A stretch of 48,500 nucleotides of DNA, the filler included, from Circinaria calcarea (Eukaryota): assembly GCA_051942165.1 (NCBI GenBank). It is 2 parts of 2 records of this genome, joined end to end, with 100 filler letters (N's around TTAATTAATTAA, not from the genome) between each part and the next. Parts side by side here need not be neighbours in the genome. Positions count along the whole stretch, not along the records: positions 1 to 24,223 come from JAVECS010000108.1; positions 24,324 to 48,500 come from JAVECS010000109.1. One strand, given 5' to 3'. Each line of letters starts with the position of its first letter. The first letter of the stretch is position 1. Both the position numbers and the translations under genes were made by a program. This document shows, one piece after another, positions 13,058 through 24,769 of this stretch. The notes below the pieces were generated by a model, which ran no database searches, had not been told where the DNA came from, and saw nothing but the letters and a program-made list of their open reading frames with translations.

Positions 13058-15644
13058 ATGGCTAACTCTCTATCACTAGTGGCCAGCATTATTGCGGTAG
13101 CTACCGCTACTAAGGGTATAAGTAAGGCTCTTTCAAGTGCTAACCTCCTGCGCAACGCTCCTGATGAGCTTCTTACCTTGAACAACGAGGTGTCCGACCT
13201 TACAATCGCCTTACAAAGTATCGAGCGTTGCATATCCGCAAATGCAAACGGAGACGCACTTCCACAGAACACACTCGAACATATATCCTCCCTTATTAGC
13301 AGAGCAAAGGATAGGCTCTCTCAGCTAGATCATCTTATCCACCACCAATTCCTAAAGTCCGGGTCGCTAGAGGGAGACTATAAAGTCTTCCGGCTTCAAT
13401 GGATGAAAGCAAATAAAACCGTTGAGAGCCATCGACAAGCTCTTCGAGATATCAGGCAGAACCTTACGATGCAAATGCTAGTCGTTAACTCGTAGGTTAC
13501 GATCGAGAGGATATCTTTCTCCTGGACCTGACAAGTTTGCATACTAATTCTAAATAGTTCAAACCAGTCACGTATACGTCTCGCGATCGATGAGATATTC
13601 GTTATCTCAAGGGACACTCAAATCAATGTCGCTAGTCACAGCCTCAGAAGCGATCAGGCATTTAGCGATCTAAGAACACAGTCCAGGCTTCTAGCAGGTA
13701 TATCAGATGATAATGCTCGGTTACGCAATGCAGTACAATCTTCAATATGACTTTTGCAAACCGGACAATCTATATAGCATGCCGCTCAGACCTCTACAAA
13801 CAGTCTTCGTTCCAACTCTATCGTTGGAACCAAGACTTTTATCCTAGCACATCAACGCTCTGTTTGCACATATAAATGCAAGTGCGAGTGTCACATCGAG
13901 CACCAAGTTAGGACACCACAGCTATTCAATAATATCATCGGAACTTTGTTTGTCGGATATTCTGGGTACTCTTTTAATACTCTCCGAAGATATACAAATA
14001 CCTCCTGCCAGCGCCATTCAGGGTTCAAAGCTCATATCAAATATTTCTTTCCCCTCTGACTTCTTGAAAAGATGATCCAAGTGCTTATCATGATTATACC
14101 CACTCAGGAGCCCAGTATGACTTTGACAGTCATAATTATTCTTCCATCGAGTGCAGCAATATTTCGCTTCACCTGTATAAATGATAGTGAAGGCCTCCAA
14201 CGCATATTCAGCAATGGTTCGGCCCGACCAAATGATTTAATGTATGCTGAAGGAAGGTCAGCTATTATAATAGGTAAAGTCTTACAATTAATGATCTAAA
14301 AACATAACTACGATATACTTCCTTTACAAACCCATCCTCCTGCATTCTCTGAATGCTATAATATCCCCATACCCTTGTGGAAGAAGTAAACATTACTACC
14401 AGGAGGGCTTCTTATTACTAACCCCGTTTCTTATCTAGCATGCCGTGAACCGGAACTCCTTTAAAGCTTGTAAGGTATTGCTTGATGCTGGAGCGGACTG
14501 TCACATCCAAGATAAGGATTCAGAGTACGTAAAGAGCGTAAATACACATATATACTAACAAACGTTATTTTAGCTCAGTATTTACTTTAGCATGGGATTA
14601 TATATTTTCAGCTCCAAGGAAAACACAGACTTAGAAGCATTGCGCAGTCTTTTCCCGGACGACGGTTACTACTTGGAGGAACGTTAGTTCTCGAGACTCC
14701 ATAAAATAATTCTTGGCATGATCAATCGTAGTCTAGAAGAGGACCTGAGTGCAGGAGGTGTGGACATTGACGCTCGCGACTCGATAGGCAATACCGCTCT
14801 CTCTTGGGCAGTTCAAAGAGAGGACATTGTGGCCGTCAATCTCCTACTCAAACACACAGCAAATCCAAACATAGCCAATAAGCGGGGTGCTTCACCATTA
14901 CTCTATGCAGCAAAGGCAACAAATCCTGCTTGTTTGAACCTCCTACTTCGAGCTGGAGTGGATGCTTTTCATAGGGATAATCATGGACACAATGCCCTTC
15001 ATTATGCAACCACTGGTAATGGCTCGTCAGAAGTTATCAAAGCTCTTATTTCAGCGAATGTGGATATTGAAGGGAAAAGTTTGTATGGTATCACTCCATT
15101 GATAGAGGCTTGTTCCTTCAGAGAGAAAAAAGTGGATATTATGAAAACACTATTAGACTGTGGAGCTAAGATAAACTCTACGGATTGGGAAGGGGACCCT
15201 GCTCTCTTCAATCCTATTTTCTATGGCATTGATGATGCAACGCAACTTCTACTAAGCTGCAGAGCAGACTACACCTTAGCAAATCATAACGGTCAGACAG
15301 TTCTCCACTATGCAGCCATGTACGGAACTCTCAAAACACTCGAGATCCTACAAAACGCCAGTCTAATAAAACTTAACCCAAACGCCGTTGATTCAAAAGG
15401 AAAGACCGCACTCCAAGCTGCCGAGGAACGCGAAGGCAAAGAGGAAGGGTTCGTGGAAATATTTCGAGCTTTTCATTTCAGTATCTGCAACCGGAACGAC
15501 CAACAGAACCATCACCCGAACGATCCTTACTCAAGCCCTAGCGAAACCGAGGCTTCTGAGGTTACTCCCCGCGTCGTTGGTGCCTGGCCTAGTGATGATG
15601 AAGAGTCGGATCCAGAAGAGTTTGTCGATGCACCGGAAGTATAG
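13058..15644 (+). pseudogene. HeLo-like/fungal N-terminal domain + Cys-motif + ankyrin-repeat protein, disrupted
   Basis: MANSLSLVASIIAV...NAPDELLTLNNEVSDL N-terminus; CTYKCKCECH; ankyrin repeats (GNTALSWA, GASPLLYAA, GHNALHYA, GQTVLHYAA); in-frame stops at 13748, 13775, 14057 and 14685; probable frameshift near 14605. Confidence 0.85.
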
Positions 15645-16134
15645 AGGTTTTGGGGTGAAAAGGGGAAGGGAGGGAGTTGTCGAGGAGTATTTTCGACCGG
15701 GCGAGAGAATGTAGGGGGAAAATCCGGTGGCATCGAAGGAAATCAACCACGATCATTAGTTTGTTGAGTTTTGGCGTCTTGTGTATCGATTGGCTTGACT
15801 TGATATAGTTTGTTATTTTACACGTCGTCCGGAATATACAAGCTGAGTTTAACGGCAGCGAGCATCTTAAATGTAGAATTCCCCGACCGGAGCTAATTAG
15901 GCTATCTCGCCTAAAACATCGCCTACGCTTGCAAGGCCCATCACAAACTTAGGGGTCGGAATTAACCGGTCATTGTCGACCGAGCTAACTCTTTAAAGGG
16001 GCGTGGCTGCAGTAGGGGGATCACTCAATTTGAGGAATATACATCTGGGTGAAGGGGTGGACCTTGTCAAAAAACGGCCGCTGGATTAGGTGCGAAGGTA
16101 ATATAATCTATTTGGAACTAGCTTTCTCCTTCGA

Positions 16135-17120
16135 TTAACCATATCTCTGAACTAAGTCTCTCATATCACCAAGCATCCTATGGTTTCCATTAGCGACAGC
16201 TTTGATGGCAAGAATATAAAGAAACTCTTACTGCTCTCTAAGGGTCTGATTTTGGGTGAACAGGGCAGATACGTGCGTATTAAATCTCCTGTTACAACAT
16301 CAGTTTAACCTCGACATTTGAGGTAGTCTTGAAATCGCATTCTCACAGTTTGTAAAGATCTAGGCGACCATCGTAATCCTCTTCAGGTGGAGATATCTGG
16401 ACATAGGTATGATATGCTACCAAGTATTCGGCCCCAAATCTATTACAGATTGGCTGCCATTGACCAAACTCATCTGTATTGAGGGTTTATATGTGAGTCT
16501 CATCAATTCTGTCGACCTGAGGGTGATGGTTCTACTTACATTCGTTGTGAGCATAGAAGCAGCAGGCATCGAATATAAGGGATTCGCCCGTATCCACATC
16601 AATTCCACAATTTGCATACCAAAGATCTCCATGCACAAGCGAGGGTCTCACAGATCGACCCTCGCTCCCGAGCGGGCGAAGGAGACGAGGTATAACCTTG
16701 TCAAAGAGGGCCGGGACTAGCACATCGAACTCAGAGTCCGGTCCCTTGGCTTCAAGTTCAAGTTTGAGAGCCCACCTCATGCTCTTTGTAAAGTAAGTCT
16801 CCCAGCTGTCTTCCCACTCGTTCATCTGGGGCAAATTGCCGCTATAAGTAGTCGTATGGGAGCCGAAACTGCCGTCGGGAGACTTGCTGTTTTGGTGGAG
16901 CGCTGCTAGACGGGCCGTGAATTTATGCGGGTCTGGCATCTATCATATCTCGATATTCGCACAAAAAGAAGTGCGTGTCCGGTATGGTCTCGTATGTTCC
17001 CCAGGCAATCGGCTTCGGTGCGAAATCAGGCAAGAGCGTATATATAGCCTTCATAGACTCGAACTCTCCATGGATCATGTTCTTACCTAGGTCTTTCGAT
17101 ATCACCTTTATGAAGAATGT
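16135..17120 (-). pseudogene. Fructosamine-3-kinase / ketosamine kinase family, 5'-truncated and frameshifted
   Basis: FFIKV, GEFESMKAI, PKPIAWG, PSLVHGDLWYAN, IFDACCFYAHNEYEFG; three downstream introns ending MRDLVQRYG*; frameshift near 16940; no N-terminus or ATG. Confidence 0.85.
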
Positions 17121-17151
17121 TACTGGCTTATGCTAGTTAAGACACTGGCCA

Positions 17152-17701
17152 TTATTTACTCTGCTTTTTATGCCCGGCGGTAGAGACCTCCAAAATGCGA
17201 TCCTGCATTCCCTCCACAGACGTAACCGTAACGCCTACATCCTCCAGTCTCTTCCTGCCCGAATTCTCGCCAATGAATGTTTCCGGCTCTTTGATCCCCA
17301 TATAGACAACTTTGATTGCGCCGTCGAGCCTCAAACTCCTCTCCACATAGGCCCTATTCCCACTCAATCTTTTATTGCACGGTTCCATGGTCGTATACAG
17401 TACTGTGTTTTTCGGTAAGACTTCGGCCATTCGCTCTTCTGGAAGATTATGCTTTTGAGCCATTTTGATGAAGCAGCATTGCTCTGCATGTGAATCCCCA
17501 GGATCTGCAGGTCTATCATCCGGCAGTTCCTTCGAATATCCAGTCGATAATGTTTTGTTCTCATCTGCATCGACAAGTACTGCTCCAACGCAAAATTTTG
17601 TGGGTGCTGGAGGCGAAAGACGAGCCTGCTCGAGGGCATATTCTATGTATCCCTTTGTGATCACCCGCTGCAATGGTCGGGTGAAAGGGTTCGGAGGCCA
17701 T
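17152..17701 (-). pseudogene. Cytidine/dCMP-deaminase-family (RIB2/DRAP-deaminase-like) gene, frameshifted
   Basis: CVGAVLVD, HAEQCC, YTTMEPC; the ATG 17701 frame (MASEPFHPTIAAGDHKG) shifts near 17652 into YIEYALEQAR; Tyr at the expected second Zn-binding Cys. Confidence 0.78.
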
Positions 17702-18030
17702 CACTGGTGCCAGGCAGGTCCAAAGGGGCTTGTTTGTGTATCGGCAGGGAAAGGTTGGATAATTTTGCGGGATGTATGGATAACGTCTTGGGGCCTGGAG
17801 AGCAGAGGCAATGTACGATATTAGTAAAAGGGCTTCTGGCTTATATATTGGAACTTTCTGAACTCGCTCTGACCGGTCCTGGTTGCTTTTTCAGGCAATT
17901 GGGCCCTCCTTCCTCCAGCGGCGCTAAAGACTGATCCCCGATTCGTTCCACCCAGCGCCCAGTACTGCACCTTTATTTGGCAGTGATTATCCGAAACATT
18001 CTTCACTCAACACCATTACGACTATGCATA

Positions 18031-18170
18031 GAGTAAAGACAGCTCGGGCTAGAATACACAGGATAGTATTCCATTGCCAAGACGTTATTCTCTGTACGAA
18101 ACAGAAGTCAAGGTCAGTATAATTTATATAATACAGCCCTTGTGTATTCTAGCCCGAGCTTTCTGTACTC
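18031..18170. mobile_element. MITE-like element with ~30-40 bp TIRs and TA flanks
   Basis: AGCTCGGGCTAGAATACACA (18041-18060) is the exact reverse complement of 18141-18160; the match extends to GAGTA...TACTC, with TA on both sides. Confidence 0.7.
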
Positions 18171-18279
18171 TATAGATAGCATAATGAATACAGTTACTCC
18201 TCTTGTGCAATTACGCCAACGGTAGCGATTGATCTCTAAGCTCTCTCTGGGCTAATCTAAGAGAAAATGCGGATATAAT

Positions 18280-21200
18280 ATGGTAAGTTCGTACACGATC
18301 CCGGTGTGAAAGCTGGGCCCAAAGCTTTCATAATGCCCGGCTTGGTCTTTTTTCCTAACCTCTACTGAACCTTGCACAGTCGATTAGAAGTTTTCTGCGC
18401 AAGGATGCCGACTTGTCTTCCACTGCCACCCTGGTGACCACCACTATCACCACTGCCAACGACAATGACATGGACAATCCGAAAGGCCCTCTTGGATTGA
18501 ACCTCCTCCACTCTCCGTCCGAGCCTCTTATCGACTTCATTTTCGTGCACGGCCTCGGTGGCGGTTCCAGGAAAACATGGAGCAAAACGGGCTCGGTTAC
18601 ACACTATTGGCCCCAGGAATGGCTTCCCGAAGATTGTGCGTTCAAGAATGTCCGAGTGCACAGCTTCGGGTATAATTCAGACTAGGTCAGGGGTAAAGAT
18701 AACTGTCTGAACATACATCACTTCGGCAAGTCGTTGCTGGGCGAAATATCCACGTCGCCGTACCTGGGCGATGCAGACACGCCAATAGTACTCATAGGGC
18801 ATAGTATGGGAGGCTTGGTTATTAAGAAGGCCTATATGCTAGCAAGGCAAGATGTAGCGTATGAGACTCTGACAAAACGAGTTCACACAATCTACTTTCT
18901 TGCGACGCCCCACAGAGGTTCTGACTCGGCCAAACTCTTGAACAACATCCTTCAGATTGCCTATTCGTCCCGTGCTTACGTTGCAGACCTTGAACGAGGT
19001 TCCGGAGCTATACAATCTATAAACGATGAGTTTCGCAAATACTCTGCCGATATAGAGCTCTGGTCGTTTTACGAGACTCAGAAACTTCATATAGGCGTTT
19101 TTAGTACCCTTATTGTTGATCCTGATTCGGCTACGCTCGGATATCGCGAAGAGAAGCAGATGCCAATGAACGCTGATCACCGCTCAATCTGCAAGTTCGA
19201 GAAACCAAGAGACCCAAACTATGTAATCCTTCGCAATGCACTTACGTCTACCGTCAACAGCATCTCCGAGCTAGGTATGGCGTATGGCGCACTACATAAA
19301 CCATGATAGACCTCGCTAAGAAGCTCCTAGTGTTGAGATCAAAAGAGAAACTACGGCACAGCCAGCTTAAGGACCTGGAAAATTATTTGGAGGTGTCTGA
19401 GATGCTAGAAGATGACCTCATCACTGTTGAAGATGCCCGTATATCCGGAACCTGCGAATGGTATTCTGCAAAATAGAGTTATCTGAAGTGGAGGGATTTT
19501 GCCCCAGATGTCCCAAGTATACTCTGGGTCAATGGCAAACCAGCAGCTGGCAAGTCTGTTCTTGCAGGCTATGCCATTGGTCAGCTACAAAGAACGAATG
19601 CAGACTGCAGCTACTTCTTCTTTAAGTATGGGGACAAGTCCAAGTCGCGACTTAGCGCCTGTCTCCGGTCCCTGGCTTTCCAGATGGCCTGTTCGAACGT
19701 TCAAGTGCGAGAGACGCTCTTAGGGATGTAGAAGGATGGTATAAAAATCGACAATGAAAATGAACGCACTATATGGCGGAAATTATTTTTATCTGGTATT
19801 TTCCAGACCGAATTTCCAAGGCATTACTGAGTCATTGACGCCTTAGATGAATGTATGAATTTTGGTTCCCTTTTCGATCCGATGCTGGCCAAAGCTTGAT
19901 GAATCGATACCGTTGCGAGTTTTAATCACGAGCAGAGAAACCTCTGAGTTGCAGAAGCATTTTCTCAGTCTCGGCACTCACCGATTTCAATCTGAAAAAA
20001 TTTCAACTGCGGATACTCTTCCTGATATTAAACTTCTAATTGAAGCGAAAGCAAAGTCTCTCAGTGTGAAGGACGACAAGGATCGCGCTGCCCTGGTGGA
20101 AAAAATTCTGGTAAAATCCAAAGGGTCTTTCTTATGGACGGTCTTAGTTCTTAATGAGTTGTTAGATTCCTACGGTGAGGAGGAGATTAATCAAGTTCTC
20201 GACGAAGTGCCTCGGGATATGGAACCCTTATACCAGAGGACGCTGGAATTAATGTCACGAGCCACGCGCGGGAAGAAGCTCGATAGAGCTATTCTCACTT
20301 GGGCAACATGTGCAACAAGGCCGCTGACAACGAAGGAGCTCGACGGAGCTCTGAAACTAGACGTTAAGGATAGCTTCCCAAAACTAGAGGAGAGTATTCT
20401 GGCATTGTGTGGCCAGCTGGTAACTGTTGATAATTTTGGCAAGGTACAGATGGTGCATGAAACGGCCAGAGAATTCCTCCTAAACGACGAGTTGGAATCC
20501 GAGTTTGCTGTCAACAAGCCAGAGGTACACACGCGGATCACTAGAGCATGTCTCATATACCTCACCGGTGAGGAAATGAAACCTCCTCGAACTAGCAGAC
20601 GTGGTTCTGCAATGATTGCCGTGGCCAAAAGGCCCGAATTTTCAAGTTATGCCTGTGCAGCATTCTCATACCATCTAGCCAAGGCTGATCCTCTTGCAAA
20701 CGACGTTTTGCTTCTTGTCGATAAGTTTCTGAAGTCGAATGTCCTGTCGTGGATAGAGGTTATTGCCCAAACCCAAAAGCTCATCCTTTTGGTCCGTGCC
20801 GCGAAGAATCTTAAAGTATATCTCAACTCATGCGCCGCAGAACGGTCACCGCTTGGCAGGGAAATGCAAAATATCAGAGGCTGGACGACAAATCTCATCC
20901 GCATTGTGATGAAGTTTGCTGATGCTCTTATAACATCACCCTCGGCCATTTACTCCCTCATCCTGCCATTCTGTCCTACGGAGTCTACGGTGTACAATAC
21001 TGCTAACCATGGGCGGAGGCTCTCGATAGTGGGACTTTCAAACGCTCAGTGGGACGACCGATTATCTTGCATCGACTTCCGTCAAGGCCAGACGAGCGCT
21101 GTTTGCCATGGAGACGAATTCTTTGCAGTCGGCTTAAGCACTGGGGTAGTCGCACTGTATCACGCGACATCCTGCCAAGAATACAAAGTTCTGAATCACG

Positions 21201-23173
21201 GCGAGGCCGTTAAATTTCTGCAATTCAAAAACAAGACCTCTCTGATGGCATCTTGCGGGATGAAGACGATCCGAATCTGGGATACTCGCAGCGGCGAAGT
21301 AATCCACAATTTCCAAGACCCACAACGTTTTATCGGTCTGGCGTTTGATAAGAATCTGCTAATAGCCGCATCCTATAAAAACTACCTAGCATCATGGGAT
21401 CTGGATAACAACGGGGCCCAGCGACCTAACAGGCCGTGGAACGACTCGGGCGAACATATAAACACGCCGTCGCGCCATCCGCCGTGTGCTATATCGATTT
21501 CCGTGAGCCACAAAATGCTGACTGTCGCTTACAGCGGACGACCGATAACTCTTTGGGACCTCGAGGAAGATACGTATTATGGCAGCTGCGGAAAGAAACT
21601 ACCTAGTGGCGAAACAAGTACACATCTAGTTACCGCCCTCGTTTTCAACCCCAACCCAGCCATCGGCCTCCTCGCCGCGTCTTACCTCGATGGCGAACTC
21701 GTACTCCTTGATCCATTCAATGACCAGAATTCGGAGAGCTTCCGCGCAGATTGTCATACGCTTGCGGCCAGCCCCGACAGACACCTGCTTGCAGGCGGCG
21801 CCGGATTTGGAATAATCAAGATTTACGAGTTTGACACCCTGCGGTTGCTCTACCGGGTCAAGTCTTCCAACTTCTATATCAAGCAGTTGGCCTTCAGCCG
21901 AGACAGCCTTCACTTTGCCGACATTAGAGGGTCGCAATACAACGTTTAAGAGCCTGCGATCCTACTTCGAGACTCGGTAGGCGACGACAGCAGCGAAGGT
22001 ACGTCATCGTCTTTTGTCGATATAATTGCCTTAGATACCAAGGCCAAGATCAGCGCTATGATCTTACATCCCAAGGGAGAAAATGTGTTCTGTGGCAAGG
22101 ATGACGGATCGGTTTCTCTGTACGACTTAAAAACTGGAGCCCAGGTGCGGAGGCTTTACAGCCACAAATCGCTGGTTCGTATTCTTGCTTGTTGGCCTCA
22201 AAGCGATATTGTCCTGAGCGTCGATGTATCAAACGGGATTTTCGCATGGAATCTAAAGAAGTCACAGAAAGGGGGATGGGTGGCTGAGAAGATACTATTT
22301 CAGTCTCGCCTGGACTGTGGAAAATCTATCATTCAAGTCTTACCGGGCGAGGCAGCTGGTAAATTTGTCCTGTCAACCCGGGAGTCGGACCACCTCTGGA
22401 ACATCGATGGCCAGCAGGAGGACGTGCGGACATACTCGAATAGGCCAGGGATCCGAAAGTGGATCCAGCACCAGCAGTCGCCGCACCACATGATCTGCAT
22501 CGAAGGCGCAGCCGCTCGCATATATGCCTGGAGCGACTGGTCGGAAGTCGCATCCGTGGCCCTCACCATTAACATAACAGGACTGCAGTTGAAGAGCGTC
22601 GCTCTCTACATGTCGGATCACAGATGGCGGGTCCTCCTCGAGCTGTCCGAGCTAGATGGGTCAGCGAATACGCGCGGCCTGCACCTTCTCGACGCTGCTT
22701 CTTTCAGTATCGGGAATATCCCCGCAAAGGAGGCCGTTTCCGAAGCAGCCAACGTCAGGAAGGATCCCGACACGATTTCAATAAGGGAGGAAGCAGCAGT
22801 AGCAGCAGTCTCGATCCCGCTTCTCGGTCTACAGCTCGCCACTCTCGCCAACCGCGTCGCCCACGTCGTAGGCCTCGGTGACGCCGGCAAGCTCGTCTTC
22901 CTCGACACCCACTCTTGGGTCTGCTCCGCAGATCTCGAGGGCCTGGGCAATACCTCAGTATCGTACTCGAAGCATTTCTTCGTGCCATACGACTGGTTCT
23001 CCGGGACAAGAGACGTGATCTGCGCGATCGCACAGCGAGACGTCCTATTTGCGCGGAATGACGACGTTGCGATTGTCAAGGGCGGGCTAAATTATGAGGA
23101 GAAGGTCGATGCGGAGGTGGAGGGTGCGGAGACGAAGGGGGACGAAGGGGTTGCTTGCGGTCCCGGCCGGTGA
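18280..23173 (+). pseudogene. Fungal NLR: SesB-like alpha/beta-hydrolase + NACHT + WD40, disrupted
   Basis: FVHGLGG, GHSMGG, ATPHRGS; Walker A GKPAAGKS (19534-19557); Walker B VIDALDEC; MVHETAREFL; WD-like repeats; introns 18283-18379 and 19275-19330; stops at 18683, 19474, 19729, 19828 and 21947; frameshift near 19891. Confidence 0.9.
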
Positions 23174-23663
23174 GTAAGTGCGAGCTGATGAGTCTATCTA
23201 ATGAACAGCCGGAGCCGGCAACTCAAACCATCAGCTGGAATATACAATCTTCTACAGGCAATAGTGATTCCAATGTTGGGAGGTTAAGGGCAATGGAAAA
23301 TTTTTATATTGTCGACCAAAAGTGGTTTTAGAAGGTCGTATAGCGGCGGGGGCTATAACCGCCTCCGCCTTCCCTAGCAAATATATAGAAAATTAATTTA
23401 TATTTCAACCAGAAAAGCTTTGAACATACGGATTTTTAAGAAGCTATTTCATTTCGCATAAATTTATCCAGGGGCGCATTTCCCGCCACCTCACAGTAAA
23501 GCCTTTTTTTTGGAGATACTCAATCACCTCTATCATACATGTACGGCTAAAGGAACGCCTCGCCGGTGCCTCTCAAACCAATTTTGCCCGTCCATGAACT
23601 ATTCCAGTAATGTGAAACCTTGCCAGAACTTCTCCTTGCATTCCATTGCACTCATCCCAACGA

Positions 23664-24223
23664 TTAGAAGACCAAAGCATAGAGCCCCAAGCACGCAAAC
23701 ACCGTCGGAAGAGGAGCGTCATATCTCCCCGCAGCGGCGCCAGTGAACGGAGTGATGGAGGTACTAGGTTCGGTGGACAGAGGAGCCGGCACAGTGACGG
23801 TTGGAGAGGTCGGGTTGGGGACGAGAGTCGGCGGCAGCGCGACAGTCGGTGTGGTGGTAGGGGAAGACACGATTGGTACCAGGGAGCTTGACGGGGGTGT
23901 GACGACGGTTTCGGTCGATGCAGATTGGGACGTTGGAACGGGTGGAGGGCTCGGAGGGACGACGGTTGGGGCCGTTGGGGCCGTTGGGGCCGTTGGAGGG
24001 GTTGGACGGGTCGGAGCGACGGGGCCTTCGGGAGCGCTCGTGCTCACGTCAGGGGTGCTGGCGCTTGAGGAAGTGCTGACGTCGACGTTGATAAAGGTCT
24101 CTGTGCTAGTGATGGTGTTGGTCTGGGTGAGAAAGTTGGTGCTCGTTCTGTCGCCGTCCAAGGTGATTTGGGTGTTTGTGGCGATGATTTGGACGTTTGT
24201 GGAAATGATTTGGGTGTCTGTTA
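23664..24223 (-). CDS. Ser/Thr/Pro-rich, probably GPI-anchored cell-wall protein (3' part; 5' end lost in gap)
   Basis: Open frame from the gap to the stop; S/T/P-rich; ends PFTGAAAG...TVFACLGLYALVF, a GPI-signal-like hydrophobic tail. Confidence 0.7.
23965..23996. repeat. 9-bp tandem repeat (GTTGGGGCC x3.5), encoding PTA repeats
   Basis: Read directly from the sequence. Confidence 0.85.
24164..24223. repeat. 21-bp tandem repeat (TGATTTGG...), 3 copies running into the gap
   Basis: Units start at 24164, 24185 and 24206; they encode TQIISTN/VQIIATN/TQI on the minus strand. Confidence 0.75.
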
Positions 24224-24323
24224 NNNNNNNNNNNNNNNNNNNNNNNNNNNNNNNNNNNNNNNNNNNNTTAATTAATTAANNNNNNNNNNNNNNNNNNNNN
24301 NNNNNNNNNNNNNNNNNNNNNNN
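24224..24323. other. Assembly gap with artificial stop-in-all-frames linker
   Basis: 44 N + TTAATTAATTAA + 44 N = exactly 100 bp. Confidence 0.95.
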
Positions 24324-24769
24324 TTCCTGAAGGAAAGTCACCTTAGATTACAGGATGAAGGGCCGGACATGAAGAGGGTACGGACTCAGGAGAGACTTGG
24401 GAGGTTTAGTTTTTTTTGCTAGAAATTTGTTATGCTCGGGAGCACGGCACCGATGGGCTAAGCCAAAGCACGGGGGGCAAGCTGGCAGAAATTGTGCATT
24501 CGTATTGGCCACACTAGGTCCACTAGCATAACACAGCTCCGTTGTGGATGTACAATGGAGCTATGTAAAGCCAGGCCGGGGGTAGCCTGGCGGACGAGAA
24601 TTGATTGGCTGGGAGCACTGTTATTCCGGGCCTACCTAACATCCTCCGAGCATAACAAAGGAAAACTGAACCCCCCAAGTAACCCGTACTCCCATTCCTG
24701 AGAGATAAGATATGTAAGATATGACGAAACTTTATGACCTTTTCTTTTCACGGAGGAATCGGTCCATTC

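Larger units (their letters stand above)
12207..23337. mobile_element. Candidate large non-autonomous cargo element (Starship-like, derelict) bounded by 10-bp direct repeats
   Basis: TTAGAAGGTC at 12207-12216 and 23328-23337; inner asymmetric inverted repeat 12227-12244 vs 23293-23310; every gene inside is disrupted and the flanking genes are intact; no transposase or recombinase recognised. Confidence 0.45.

Noticed and set aside
15876..15990. Short imperfect repeats (CGACCG(G)AGCTAA twice; AATTCC..GACC inverted)
   Set aside because: Too short and gapped to distinguish from chance
24268..24279. TTAATTAATTAA palindrome
   Set aside because: Centred in a 100-bp N gap; an artificial scaffolding linker
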